Part shown: piece by piece, positions 1-12,725 of the stretch
Layout of the letters: every line of letters starts with the position of its first letter
Numbering within the stretch: position 1 is the stretch's first letter
Assembly: GCA_965287045.1 (NCBI GenBank)
Contig: OZ336877.1
Coordinates: 79,856,001 to 79,920,000, forward strand
Length of the DNA stretch: 64,000 nucleotides
Source: Carcharhinus amblyrhynchos
Taxonomy: Eukaryota
Direction: 5' to 3'
Program-made: the position numbers and the translations under genes
The notes under the pieces: generated by a model
The model's input: the letters and a program-made list of their open reading frames with translations, nothing else
What the model was told of the DNA's origin: nothing
Database searches by the model: none

Positions 1-790
1 TGGGCTGCACATCACAATCATTCAAATGAGGAAGCAGCTCCAAATTTATGTGTTGTTTGCCTTTACTGGAATCAAGTTGAATAGGTTGCAAATCACAATC
101 TTCCTGAATGAGAAAGTGGACAATAACATTTTTCACCCTCTTATTTCTTTAACACACTTCGAGGCATTAATTATGTTCATTAAAAATTACATTACCGCTT
201 TGTAGTACCCTGCAGTGCTGTGCTAATAATATTCAAAATCCTATTACTTGGTTTGAAAAATTAATCCAAATTAATTCAGAAAATTTGTGTACCTATACTA
301 TGGTCACCATAGTTTCTCAATGTAATTCGGAACTGATTCCTGTTGAAATGTTGTGAACAGATGGTTTGAAGAAGGAAACCTTGCTTTCATCTTCAAAACA
401 ATTGATAGTGTTCATTGAGAAAAGGAGCTACTGAGCACCAACTGCTCAGCAGCAATAATTTTCACAGAGTGCTTACACTGGGAAACCAAAATGAAATGCG
501 GTCTTCCCAAGCAGCGAAACCTTGACAATTTCATCCCTCATCTCCCTCAGGACTCTAGAATATATCTCGTTAGGTGCTTTGTGTGCTAACTTATCTCAAT
601 TTTCTTTCTTGGACATAATATCAGTCACCATGTTCACAACCCCTTAAGGATTCAATTCCGTTGATATCCTTCTCTTTAGTAAACACTCTTATTAAATTCC
701 ATTTTATGAACAAGATTGCAAATGTGAAAAATCACCTCCTCTCAGTGTCCTTTTTTTAAAAGACTTGACTCAGTTTATGCAGTTTATGCA

Positions 791-1055
791 GGTGGCACAG
801 TGTTTAGCACTGCTGCCTCACAGTACCAGCAACCCGGGTTTAATTCCCAGCTAGGGTCATTGTCTGTGCGGAGTCTGCACAATCTCCGTGTCTGCGTGCT
901 CCGGTTTCCTCCCACAGTCCAAAGATGTGCAGGTTAGGTGAAGTGGCCATGCTGGATGCTCCCTCAGTGTCCCTGAACATGTGGCAACGAGGGAATTTTC
1001 AAAGTACCTTCATCACAATGTGAATATAAGCCTACTTGTTATTAATAAATAAGCT
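791..1055 (+). mobile_element. HE1/V-SINE-type tRNA-derived SINE with alternative 3' tail
   Basis: Head GGTGGCACAGTG-TTAGCACTGCTGCCTCACAG with B-box-like GGGTTTAATTCC; V-domain TCCGGTTTCCTCCCACAGTCCAAAGATGTGCAGGTTAGG; tail ...AATATAAGCCTACTTGT..AATAAATAA differs from the HER1-type tail. Confidence 0.85.
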
Positions 1056-2581
1056 TTTTTTAATATTCCATTTCATTTTTTAAAAATTTTAAAATACTCT
1101 CTTAAATTTCTCTGTCCTCATACTAATTGTTTAATATTATTTCCTCAAATTCCCCTTTAACTTTTTCATCATCGTCATAGTAGTTGTTCAATTTTAGTTG
1201 ACTTTGAACATCTTTCTTTATGTGTAGCATCATAAACATGGAATATTCCTTGAACATATGGCAAGGCTATTTTATAACTTATCAAAATACAATCTTGGTT
1301 TTCTTCAAAGTACACTACAGTCGAGACACCTTTTCAGCCTGAGCATTTTGATGACTAGACATGTTAAGTTTCATTCCAGATGAAACATTTCTGCCTTGAA
1401 ACTAATTCCTTTCTTTCAATATTGGCAACTGGATGTCAGATGGATGAATCACTACAGTTCAGTACTGTCACTTGACTCACATCATTCTCAGCTGCAATGT
1501 TTTATATTTCTCACTCAGCCATAAATACCAAGATTAACTGCATTGCTTTGGCAGAATCCTCAGTGGCAGAGCGGCTGTGCACCCTTGTTCTACAAGCTCA
1601 GATGATGTGGCACAGTTTTTTTTAATGGGCATCAAGCAGCATAAATGAATTCTTCTAGTTTTATTAGAACAAAGCAAACAAAACAGCACTTGAATGTGAG
1701 GGCCATAAGCCATTCAAACCTAATCTTGATGGTTCTCTTCTATTATGCCAGATTTTTCACTGTGACCTGATAAATGTTGAAATCCTGCAGGCGCAGTATG
1801 GAGATTTACTTGTCTGATAAGTCATATAGATCAAGGATTCACCATTTATTCATCTTGTCAGATGAAACCACTGTTTGCATGAAATTGTTATAAATGTAGA
1901 TATTAATTTTCACTACATAATTCAATGTTTTATAGTCATGAGCACGCCGTCACTGTAACTACTAATTTGCATTATCCCAGATTTAAATTTAGTGTCTGCT
2001 TTTCACCTCCGTTAAAGACAATTGACTGTATCTTTAACCATGAATTCTAGCTTTGACTGCACAACAGGCTCCCAGACAATCAGTGAATATACAGCGTAAT
2101 AGTGATGTGCTGCACCTCGCATAATACAGTACAGAAAAAAAGGTGCAGGTGGAGAAAGGCAATGATCACATTGAATGAGGAGGAGTGACGGGAGCAAGAG
2201 GAGAAGTTGTATATGGCCAGGGTCCCTGCAGTTACTCACTTAGCTGCCAGGAACAATATCAATGAGGAATGCTGTGCAGGCCATGCAGGTAACAGCCAAC
2301 AACACTGTCTATCCATGGGGAATTGATATCGTACTGCTTTGAAGTGGTGCTGCACGAACAGATTTTATGGACACGAGGGGAGTTAACTTAAACTGCACTA
2401 ATTTCTCCTCGCACAACCCGTTTGTAAACAGAAAAGTATTTTCATTTGTTCTCCCATTAATACGCGGTGGCATTTTTCCCAACCATTCAGTTTTGGTTTG
2501 ATCCAATTTCTATTAATAACCTCACAGCAAACCTGCTTTAGGATGAACTCAAAGGATTAGTTTATTTCTACACACTCAAAT

Positions 2582-2804
2582 GTTAAAGTTAAAGTTTATT
2601 TATTAATCACTAGTAAGGCTTACATTAACACTGCAATTAAGTTACTGTGAAATTCCCCTAGTCGCCACAATCTGGGGACTGTTCTGGAGGAAACCCATGC
2701 AGACACGGGGAGAATGTGCAGACACCACACTCCAAGCCGGGAATCAAACCTGGGTCCCTGGCGCTGTGAGGCAGCAGTGCTAACCACTGTGCCACCATGT
2801 CACC
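2582..2804 (-). mobile_element. HE1/V-SINE-type SINE, alternative tail, internally deleted
   Basis: Reverse complement of the HE1 head at 2740-2804; tail reverse complement (AAAGTT)n TTTATTTATT..GTAAGGCTTACATTAACACTGCAAT. Confidence 0.85.
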
Positions 2805-2851
2805 TGTAGGAGGATGGTCACAACATTGACTCCTTTGAAATTCGGACAGTA

Positions 2852-2866
2852 AGAGAGAGAGAGAGA
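2852..2866. repeat. (AG)n microsatellite
   Basis: agagagagagagaga. Confidence 0.8.
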
Positions 2867-3291
2867 AAAGACAGATTTGCAGTGCAGTGACAGAGCAAAA
2901 AAATATTGTTTCACCTGGATCCAGAATCCAGGATCAATGTCCAATAAGGTATTCCTTCATAGAGTTTGACAGACTTAATATCTATGCTCTATAATTCACT
3001 TTTCCAGTGGAATTGACTTCAGACCATGAGATGGGCACACAGAGATGAGTCAAATTTGTAGGCTAGGATACAGAAATTCCAGCTGAAGCTGGGACTAGGG
3101 TTCAATTTGGGTAGAGACACTTTTCTGTGAGGTTGCTTGTAACATGGTAAACAACGGATGGAGTTTGCTGTATAGCAAAGCAATATAACTGATTCCACCA
3201 GGTAGAGGTTCATGTCACAACTCTCTCCTTTCTGCATTGCCATTGACAAGAGATGTGTATCCCTTGTCTTAGTCCCAAAGTTGGTTATATA

Positions 3292-4752
3292 TAGAACAGG
3301 GAACATAGAACATTACAGCGCAGTACAGGCCCTTCGGCCCTCAATGTTGTGCCAACACATGAAACCAATCTAAAGCTTTTGGGACTAAGACAAGGGATAC
3401 ACATCTCTACCTACATTATTCCAATATCATCCATATGTTTATCCAATGACCATTTAATTGCCCTTAATGTTGGTGAATCCACTACTGTTGCAGGCAGGGC
3501 ATTCCATGCTCTTACTCTCTGAGTAAAGAACCTACCTCTGACATCTGACCTATATCAATCACCCCTCAATTTAAAACTATGTCCCCTGGTGCTAGCCTTC
3601 TCCATCCGAGGGAAAAGGTTCACACTGTCCACCCTATCTAATCTTCTGATCATCTTATATACCTCTATTAAGTCACCTCTTAACCTTCTTCTCTCTAACA
3701 AAAACAGCCTCAAGTCCCTCAGCCTTTCCGCATAAGACCTTCTCACCATACCAGGCAACATCCTGGTAGATCTGCTCTTCACTGTTTCCAATGCCTCCAC
3801 ATCCTTCCTATAAAGCGGTGACCAGAACTGTACGCAATACTCCCAAGTGCGGCCGCACCAGAGTTTTGTACAGCTGCAACATGGCTTCTAAAGTCAATCC
3901 CTCTACCAATAAAAGCTAACACACCATACGCTTTCTTAACAACCCTACCAACCTGTTTGCCAACTTTCAGGGATCTATGCACATGGACACTGAGATCTCT
4001 CTGCTCATCCGCACTACTGAGTAACTTACCATTGGCCCAGCATTCTGTATTCCTGTTACTCCTTTCAAAGTGATTCGCTTTACACTTTTCCACATTAAAC
4101 TCCATTTGCCACCTCTCAGCCTAGCTTTGCAGCTTATCTAAGTCCCTCTGTAACTGCAACATCATTCCACACTGTCCACAACTCCACCGACTCTAGTGTC
4201 ATCCACAAATTTACTAACCCATCTTTCTACACCCTCAATTAGGTCATTTATAAAAATGTCAAACAGCAGTGGCCTCAAAACAGATCCTTGCAGTACACCA
4301 CTAATAACTGAACTTCAGGATGAACATTTCCCATCAATCACTATCCTGTCTTCTTGCAACTAGCCAATTTCTGATCCAAACCGCTAAATCACCCTCAATC
4401 CCATGCCTCCATATCCTCTGCAATAGCTTACCATGGGGACCTTATCAAACACTTTACTGAAATTCATGTACACCACATCAACTGCTGTACTCTCATCCAC
4501 CTCTTTGGTTACCTTCTCAAAGAACTCAATAAAGTTTGTGAGACACAACCTACCCTTCACAAACCTGTGTTGACTATCCCTAATCAAATTATTCCTTTCT
4601 AGATGATTATAATCCTATCTCTCATAATTCTTTCCAAAACTTTGCCCACAACAGAAGTAAGGCTCATTGGTCTATAATTACCAGTGTTGTCTCTACTCCC
4701 CTTCTTGAACAAGGGGACAACATTTGCTATCCTCCAGTCTTCTGGCACAATC
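3292..4752 (-). mobile_element. CR1-clade LINE (HER1-like), 5'-truncated, decayed ORF2
   Basis: Minus-strand ORFs give CR1 ORF2 motifs: VPEDWRIANVVPLFKKGSRDNTGNYRPMSLTSVVGKVLERI; SQHRFVKGRLCLTNFIEFFEKVT..VDVVYMNFSKVFDKVP; MEFNVEKCK; LERRRLRGDLIEVYKMI. (AGAACAT)n tail at the left end. Confidence 0.95.
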
Positions 4753-4908
4753 CCAACCTTAAGAATTGACAGGAAGATTGTAGACACTTTGACCTTTCAG
4801 ATCAGTAAACCCTGATTGGCAAAACTGGGCTGTGAAGTGTAGAAAGACTTTGATTAGCTCTCCTTCAAGTTGGTGTGTGCAGCCCACAGTCATTAGGGTC
4901 CCTTCAGG

Positions 4909-5134
4909 GATCATAAAATCCCTACAGTGCAGAAGGAGGCCATTTAGCCCAACGAGTCTGCTCCGACTCTCTGACTTATCCAGGCCCTATCCCCATAACC
5001 CCATCTGAACATCTCTGGATTGTGGGAGCAAACTGGAGTACATGGGGGGAACGCCACACAGACAGTGACTGAAGGCCGGAATTGAACCTGGGTCCCTGAG
5101 GCTGTGAGGCAGCAGTGCTAACCACTTTGTCACC
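4909..5134 (-). mobile_element. HE1 SINE
   Basis: Reverse-complement tail ATCCCTACAGTGCAGAAGGAGGCCATT and head GCTGTGAGGCAGCAGTGCTAACCAC. Confidence 0.9.
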
Positions 5135-5429
5135 AAAGTGAAAGTTTCTTCGATGCTGTCAGGTTGCTCTTTTTGTTTGAGGGTCAAAGACAGACATAGT
5201 TTCAGTTACTTGAATATTTGAAATGATCTTTGTCTATACTTTTGTACAATTTACAAATAGTCATGAGGATATATAGACAGTATGAGGTCTGAGACCCCTC
5301 ACACACATCTTCTGACAGCACACTTTACTGAACAGGGCAACAAAGTGGTTTTAGATTCAAAAGCCTCACAATTTTCTGCAGCCTGGAGGAAGGTGACAAA
5401 GTAAAGTTTGAGTTGCAGTAACTACTTTA

Positions 5430-5740
5430 AGGACTACATGCACCCAGCAATACTCTTTTCCATCTTCCTCCATAGAGAAAAAGATGCAAAAGTCTGAGGG
5501 CATGTATTCAAGAACAATTTCTTCCGTGCTACCATCAGACTTTTGAATAGACCTACTTATATTAAGCTGATCTTTCTCTACACCCTAGCTATGACTGTAA
5601 CAGTATATTCTGCACCTTCCCCTTTCCTTCTCTCTTACGTACTCGACAAATGATGTGCTTTGTCTGCGTAGCTCACAAGAAACAATACTTTTCATTGTAT
5701 ACCAATACATGTGACAACACTGAATCGAACCAAAACCACT
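5430..5740 (+). mobile_element. Rex1/Babar-type LINE 3' end
   Basis: AAGAACAATTTCTTCCGTGCTACCATCAGACTTTTGAAT (KNSFFPAAIRLLN-type C-terminus) and 3' UTR ..CAAGAAACAATACTTTTCA..ATACATGTGACAA; same family as 14060, 30945 and 34086. Confidence 0.8.
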
Positions 5741-5979
5741 ATATAATCTGCCTCACAAGACAAATCAGAGAATCCACACATCACTGAATCTTTAAATGTT
5801 ATGTTGGCAAACTAATTAAATAATCTGTTCTAAAATATAGAAGAACCATTAATTTTATTCAGACCCTGTATGTTTTTATTGAATATTGTAAAATATTCTG
5901 TGAGGAATTGTTTATTGTATATTTATACGTTAATTTGTTAAACAATCTGAATTATTGCATTATCCTGACCACAGGTCAT

Positions 5980-6265
5980 TTTTTTAATTCATTCGTGGGG
6001 CCCAGGCCTCGCTGGCTGGCCAGCATTTATTGCCCATCCCTAGTTTCCCTTGGAGGGAGTTGAAAGTCAACCACGTTGCTGTGGGTCTGGAGTCACATGT
6101 CAGCTAGACCGGGTAAAGATGGCAGATTTCCTTTCCCAAAGGACATTAATGAGCCAGATGGGTTTTTCCAACAATCGATAATGGTTTCATGGTCATCAAT
6201 GGATTATTAATTCCAGGTTTGTTTTTATTGAACTCAAATTCCACTATCTGCCGTAGCGGTATTTA
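5980..6265 (-). mobile_element. 3' end of a second CR1/L2-superfamily LINE lineage
   Basis: TTCATTCGTGGG..GCTGGCTGGCCAGCATTTATTGCCCATCCCTA is the reverse complement of the tail seen at 17760-17820 and 53490-53550. Confidence 0.7.
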
Positions 6266-6529
6266 AAGTCTATTTCTGAAATAGTTGACACTTGATTAAC
6301 AGTTGAAGAACAGCCTACTTGTCACTTACAGCATAGGGCTTGACAGAAGGTCTATGTTTAAGGTACTTAATAATTACAGTTTCATTTCCTTCTCCTCTAT
6401 CTTGGCATAGTTGTCATCTGGGAAAGTCTGCTCACCAGCACAGATCACTAATTAAAGGGTTTACTTTTGCTTCTTACAACACTACAACAGATCTTCTTTT
6501 GAAGGATATCATTTCAATTGTTTATCGAC

Positions 6530-7130
6530 ATAGCTACTCAAGTAGGGAGGTTATGCTTCAGTATACAAGCACTGGTAGGCCATATCTGGAGTACTGTCTA
6601 TTTTATTGGTCTCCTGGAAGGATGTAGATGTGTTGGAAGCAGTTCAGAGAGGGTTTATTAGTCTAATACCTGGATTAGGTGGCTTATTTTCTGAGGAAAG
6701 GTTGGGCAGTTGGATCAGCTGGAGTTTAAGAAAGTAAGAAGCAACTTGATTGAAACGTGTAAATAATGCGGGGTCTTGACAAGGTCAATGTCGAGAGGAT
6801 GTTTCCTCTTGTGGGAGAGTCTAGTACGAGGGGCCTCTGTTTAAAAATAAGGGATCGCTCATTTCGGATAGAGATGAGGAGAACATTTTTCTCTGAGGGT
6901 CGACAGTCTCTGGAACTCTCTTCCTCAAATGGCAGTGGAAGCAGAGTCTTTAAATATTTTTTAAGGCAAAGCAGGATCGATTCCTGATAAACAAGGGAGT
7001 GAAAGGTTATCAGAGGTAGATATGAATGTAGAATTGAGGTTACAATCAGGTCAGTCATTATCTTATTGGATAGCGAAGCAGACTCGACGGGCCGAGTCGG
7101 CTACTTTTGTTCCGAATTTGTATGCTTGTA
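6530..7130 (+). mobile_element. CR1 LINE 3' fragment
   Basis: SREVMLQY..GRPYLEYC and MRGLDKVNVERMFPLVGESSTRG; 3' UTR hairpin GACTCG..CGAGTC. Confidence 0.9.
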
Positions 7131-7922
7131 ACCCCATAATTAAGGTGCATCATTAGGAATAAAATATGTTAATTAATTCAGCAAACATGCTGAGGTCAGT
7201 ACACTTTCAAACAAAGCCCGACAGTTATCTACTCTTAGCTGGTAGAATTATATTTAAATCTTGAACACATACTTCTGCCTCAGTGGTTTCATGATAACTG
7301 ATGAATTTTCTAATATGCACAGTTCAAACAATGGTTTAAGATGATCATCTCAGATTTTCATAAAATGTTCTTTGATTGTGGTTTTAACTACTTCACGCCA
7401 CTAAGATGGCTAGGCCATAAAGAATGTTGGAGCTTATGCAGAGAGGAGCAATTGTGATCTCTTTAGTAAAGCATGCGATTCTAAAATAATAATAGGCTCC
7501 TTGGTATGTGACCTAAACCTACTTTTGATTAGAGATCTTAGTCTTCAGAAGAACATCCGTGTGGTAACTGTCAGTCCATTGCTGTCCATACTCAACCACA
7601 AATGGAAGACTGCTCTTTTTTGTATTACAAGGATAAATTTTCCACTAGAGCTCTTTGAAACTGATTTGTGACACTGTAGCAAAAAGGCAAATTGCATCAT
7701 CTCCATTTCTTTTCCTAATAAAATGCACATCCAGATTCAGTCTGCCTCAATACCATGATGTGAGTGAACACACTTGTACATCAGAGATTAGATGGAAACT
7801 ACATTCCCAGTAAAAATTCTGTCTCTTGTCCTTTAAGTCATGGGACAATTTTGGGTACTGACTCACTTGGTGATGTTTTATTTATAGGGGACCAGATAAT
7901 GTATGATGAGAAAACTTTGTAC

Positions 7923-8670
7923 TGTGATGTTAACGTACCTTTAGGAGAATTTTTTAAAATCCTGCTGTCGCAGCCTTAGTTGATGTCATTGTTGACAAGC
8001 TGTCTACGAGGAGTCCTTTTATTGCTCCTTAAGAGGCTTAAATGGGGGCCTCAGCTACCTTCTGGGATTAATTTTATGACCTGCATTGTCGGAAGGAAGA
8101 ATGTTTGCAGGTCAGATGATAGGAGCTCTTTCATATTTGGTTCTGAGCTGCAGGTTAGCTTTAGAAGGGACAGCAAGCTGTCCCTGCTTTATTTGAAAAT
8201 TCAGTTGGTTATCTGAAAGCAATGAAGGGGATAATCTGCTGTTGGTCATTTGCCTAGAGTTTCCTGATGTTCTGGAAAACTGTTCTGATTTCAGAGCGTT
8301 TGAGTCTATTAAGAGAACTGTAGAATTCATCCAAAGGACTCAATTCCTTTGCTGTGTTCAACCTGTTTAAAGGGTGGTTTATGGGTTTGATTTTGATTGG
8401 AATATCTTAAATATATTTGTTGAGGGTTATACATTATTGTGGTTGTTTTGCGTTTGTTTGTTATTGATTAAAGGTCTTGCTAATTTTCTTACTATATATG
8501 TTAACTAAATTCTTAATTAAACTTTGTTTGATAAAAGCTCCCCAGTGGTTATTTGAATCATACCTGAGTTGAAACATATCATGCTTATCATAGCCAAATT
8601 TAAGGTGCAAACAGGAGGATCCAGTTGGGCTCCGTAAAACATTTTGGAGTTTCTGAACTGAACCATGACA
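7923..8670 (+). mobile_element. Candidate solo LTR (Gypsy-like), 748 bp
   Basis: Termini TGTGATG...CATGACA (inverted, 1 mismatch); flanks GTAC/ATAC (4-bp TSD, 1 mismatch); ATTAAA motifs in the 3' half; no coding capacity. Confidence 0.7.
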
Positions 8671-8833
8671 ATACCTTGAAGTATGACTGTAGTACCAGAG
8701 GAAGTCAGAAAAACTTTTCCCCACATAATGAAGACATGATGTCGATTTTTAACCGGTTCCTTCAGCACCCTGGCAATGAGTTAAAATTATGCCCCGTGGT
8801 AGGTTTTCCGCAAAAACACATAGTGAAACACAT

Positions 8834-9383
8834 GACCAGAATTATACACACTACCACTAATGGGATTTTAGGCTCGGAGTGGGAGGAGAGAATTGAAGGG
8901 ACAGGATTCCCTCCAGTTTGCCATCCGCGTCAACCACAGAGTGATTTTACACTGGGCTGGAAGACTGCCTTTGTCACAGTTGAAGCCCTTAAGTGGCCAA
9001 TTCTTTGACACTTAAGGGCCGTTACCCACCCATCCTCAAATTGTAGGCTGGCGGGAGGATTGAACTTGCAGAAGGCCAAAAATTAATAGAATTACATCTC
9101 AGATGGGAAAGGTTGGATGCCTCCCCCAGTAGCCCCCTCTGAAGTTGGGCACCAATACACACCCCACCAACCCCCCCCCACCCCCTCCCATCCCCAGCCC
9201 TGAAAGTTCCATGTTCTTTGGATGCCCCTCTTCCCCAGGCTACTTCCCAGAGACCACGATCACTCTCTTTGTGTGAGCCACAGTGTGAAATGGCTGCAGG
9301 GCACTCAGAATCTGTGGGAATGTGTTCCCAACTGACTTTTCAGATGGTGGCAAGCGAGATGCCACCATTTGAAAATTTCAGGC
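8834..9383. mobile_element. Harbinger-type MITE (GC-rich)
   Basis: Imperfect TIRs GACCAGAATTATAC / TGAAAATTTCAGGC flanked by CAT/CAT; C-rich core. Confidence 0.6.
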
Positions 9384-9489
9384 CATTAACATTGTTTTTA
9401 ATGTGTAGATTATTATCTATGCTTGTTATCTACCGAGCACTGCCCAACCCTCCCCACCCCCTCGTTTCATTGTCTCCTTCTTTCCTCTC

Positions 9490-10161
9490 CTGCACACGAT
9501 CATCAGCACCCTTCGCTTTCACGGTTGGAGCCGGCACCCCCCCCCAGCCCCACTAACACCCACCCCGCAGCAGCAATCATTGACATCCCCTGCACATCTG
9601 TCCACCCCCAGCCCATAGCCACACCTGCTTGAAACCCCCCACTTCCCCACGACCCACCCCTGCAATAAGGCTCCCATTGGATACTGCTTCTTGGCACACG
9701 TTGAAACTGTCAGTTTGGCACTTCTGGGGGTGGCTCTGCAATGGTGGTACTGCCAGGTTGGAATAGTGCCAATATATGCCAAGGAGCAGTGCCAGGGGCA
9801 TCTCCAGCGCATTGCCTGACCATGTCTCTTGTCCGTCTGGGGCTATGTTTTCATTTATGCCCCCTCCCAGGGAGACCCCGCCAAGTCTGTGTGAACCTGC
9901 TGTAAACCGTGTCGGCTTGATGTCATATTGGCGCAGTTTGAAGATATGGTGAACAGTCAAGTTACGTGCCCCCTGTGGTGGGGAGGGGGCATGCTAATTA
10001 TATTAAAATACTTGGAAATGGGCGTGAACTTGGTGACATCACCGGTGAGGGGGCAGGGAAGATCCAAAGTTGTGTCCTTGCCGGCGAAAACTGCAATTTC
10101 CGGATCTTGAGTCCCTGCTGGCAACCTCATAGCCAACAAGCATGAACTCAAGATAATGGCC
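9490..10161. mobile_element. Harbinger-type non-autonomous element fragment
   Basis: GC-rich, with GGCAC/GTGCC(A) motifs shared with the 15891 and 50306 elements; TIR-like end AAGATAATGGCC. Confidence 0.5.
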
Positions 10162-11739
10162 TCTTTCTACACTCTAGGAATCCTATGATAATACTGCCTA
10201 TATTCTCTGGAGGAAGAAAACGCTTGATGGCTGTAGCATGATTTCTTCATTCTATCTACTCTTACAAATTTATGTACTTTAAACTTTGTATACAGATTAA
10301 CTGAACATGTGTACATATTTTGAGGTCAGTGCAAGGACCTAAGTGTAAAACCAGTCATTTTGGAATAAATTATTAGCTTCACACTCTTGGCATGGAGCCT
10401 TGCCCTCCAGGAATGTATGTCAAAAGATTGCTTGCATGCCATAGGGAGAAAACCACGTGCGATGTGCATGCAGAAAAGCTCCTAGTGGAAGAGGCTCTGA
10501 GCCAGCAAGGCACTAATGGAAAATCAATCCATTTAACTTCATTGTCAAAGCATGTGATAATTCATTCCCGCTTTGATCGGTTTTCACTGGAGTGAAATAT
10601 AATTTAATTTTCAACACCTATCAGTAGCATCCTAGAATAAAATAAATGCATCCTTACGGGGTGTAACACCACCAATGTTGACTGTCAAGTTCTGAAAACC
10701 GTGCCTTATTATCACATTCATGTTGACATTAAGCACGTTCAGACACACATCAATTTAAATGTGTCACTATCAAGCAGCAGTCAATAATTGACGTGACTTC
10801 TGTGTATGTTAAAGCCAAAAGGTGCAAGACCACCTCTGGCAGGTGATTCCTTACCGCCTGGGATTTGCAGATGTAATGATATTTCTGCCTGTTGCAAAAA
10901 CAGATCTTAAAAACCTTAATTGATCATTGAATTAAACATCTATTTATTTTATGAAATTACTTGTGAATCATTTTACACTCTTTCAATATCGACAATTTGA
11001 ATTTCACTGACCAGGAAACACAAACTTGCACGTACAAATTCTTTCCTCACTGTGCTCAGAGCAAAGTATAGCCAGCGGCATACTTTGGATCATCTCGCAG
11101 ATCTAACAAACAAAGAAAACATTCATTATAATTGTATGGCCATAGCAATAATTAATAATAATTAATAAATTGTTGAATAGGTCTTCAAGATTGCTCACTT
11201 TCACCTCATAAGATCACTTTAACAAGTATTAAAATATCAATAATAAATCTGTGATTTGATGGTTGTAGAAAAGATAAGTGACGACTTGAAATCCATCCTC
11301 CCCTGCTATGGCACATTTGTTTTACCACACATTTCAAGAGCAGCAAAATGTTGACTTCACTAGCAGTTGTATTATTCAGTGCATTTCAACTCTCCAAAAG
11401 CCACCAATTTACTTTTCATACTTAAATATATTTGACAATTTAATTTCTTGTTGCTTAGTGCAGGTTCTGTTTCAATTTTTCACTTTTAATTTACGAATGA
11501 ATTTACAAATTAATAAGGATTTCACTTTGGCTGAGGGAACATTTTATCTAATGTCTTACTAGTTCTGAGCAACCGTTTATTTTTGGGGTTGTTACACGAG
11601 ACTGTTTTTGTCCAGGGTACTCAGGTTTAAGCTCACTTATCCCAATGACAGAATCATAGGTCAACAAAACATTTAGTGCTCCCGGGGTACAGTTTTGTAC
11701 AAGTGAAGCATATATTGGGAATTAAATCACAGCAATCAG

Positions 11740-11915
11740 CAAAGTTCCCTCTAAACTGCATGTGCGTGTGGCCATGCAGCAATTAGAAATGTGCCACAAT
11801 GTGAACATAGTTTCCTTTCAGATAGGTGCAAGTGTGACTGCACATTATTCTTGAAGGAACCATGGATTGCAGCAAGCTAGCTGTGCACAGCAAACAGAGG
11901 TTGGAGGGGACATTG
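11740..11915. mobile_element. hAT-like (Tip100-type) MITE
   Basis: TIRs CAAAGTTCCCTCTAA / TTGGAGGGGACATTG (12/15 match); no 8-bp TSD retained. Confidence 0.55.
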
Positions 11916-12171
11916 GTGAGTATACCACCCAATATTTTGTAATTTAATTATAATGGATGATAAATTATGTGGGAGCACTTTGACCTGTGTCTGAACTTCT
12001 GAAACACACTTCTCCATAAATCAATGTTGTTGAAAATGTTAAATGATAATGTCTTGCCTATAATTTGAAATTTATCTCTTCCCCATTTGTGGATTAATCT
12101 CTGTAAAGATATGTGCTGGATTTAATACATCCCATTGCAGTGGAAAACATGGTGACTAGACTGACTTTATC

Positions 12172-12725
12172 ATGGGAGATTTTCCCTTACAGCAGCAAAC
12201 CCCAATTAAGTTGGGTTGTGGAAGGAGCGGACCTGGGATTCCTAGCTGCCTCTGATTCTGTGCCAGTTAGGGTCATTAATGAGCCAATGGACACTCATTA
12301 TCCCAACGACCTTCACATTTTAGACATTGCTCAGGGATTAAATGAAGACTGCACAGCTTTCTTGTACCCTCAGAAGGTCACCTAACAAACTTTTGGTTCT
12401 GCCAGTGGCCCTTGCAGAGGACCCCTTGTAGTCTGGCACTCTGTGTCTGATCAAGGGTCCTGCTAATAGAAAGGGGGGGGGATTGAAAGCTAATCCCCTG
12501 CAATCACCTATGAATCCCTTTTGCCCACTCTTCCATGATGTCCTCCTCTCAACCCCATCCTGTCCTCACTCACCCTTGGTCTGGAATCCATTGATAATCC
12601 AAAGGCTCTGGTAGGCACATTGCCATCAGCTGGTGCTCCTGACAAGGAGGAACTGGCAGCCTCCAACTGGCCTCAGCTTGAGGCAGGGACATCAATCATC
12701 TCACTATTTCAGCTCAATATTGATG
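12172..12725. mobile_element. Old Harbinger-type MITE
   Basis: Starts GGGAGATTTTCC (TIR-like); GC-rich interior of the same style as the other MITEs. Confidence 0.4.

Noticed and set aside
2235-2355. Possible minus-strand exon ending at a GTGAGT donor
   Set aside because: Weak acceptor, and the one open frame gives no recognisable protein.
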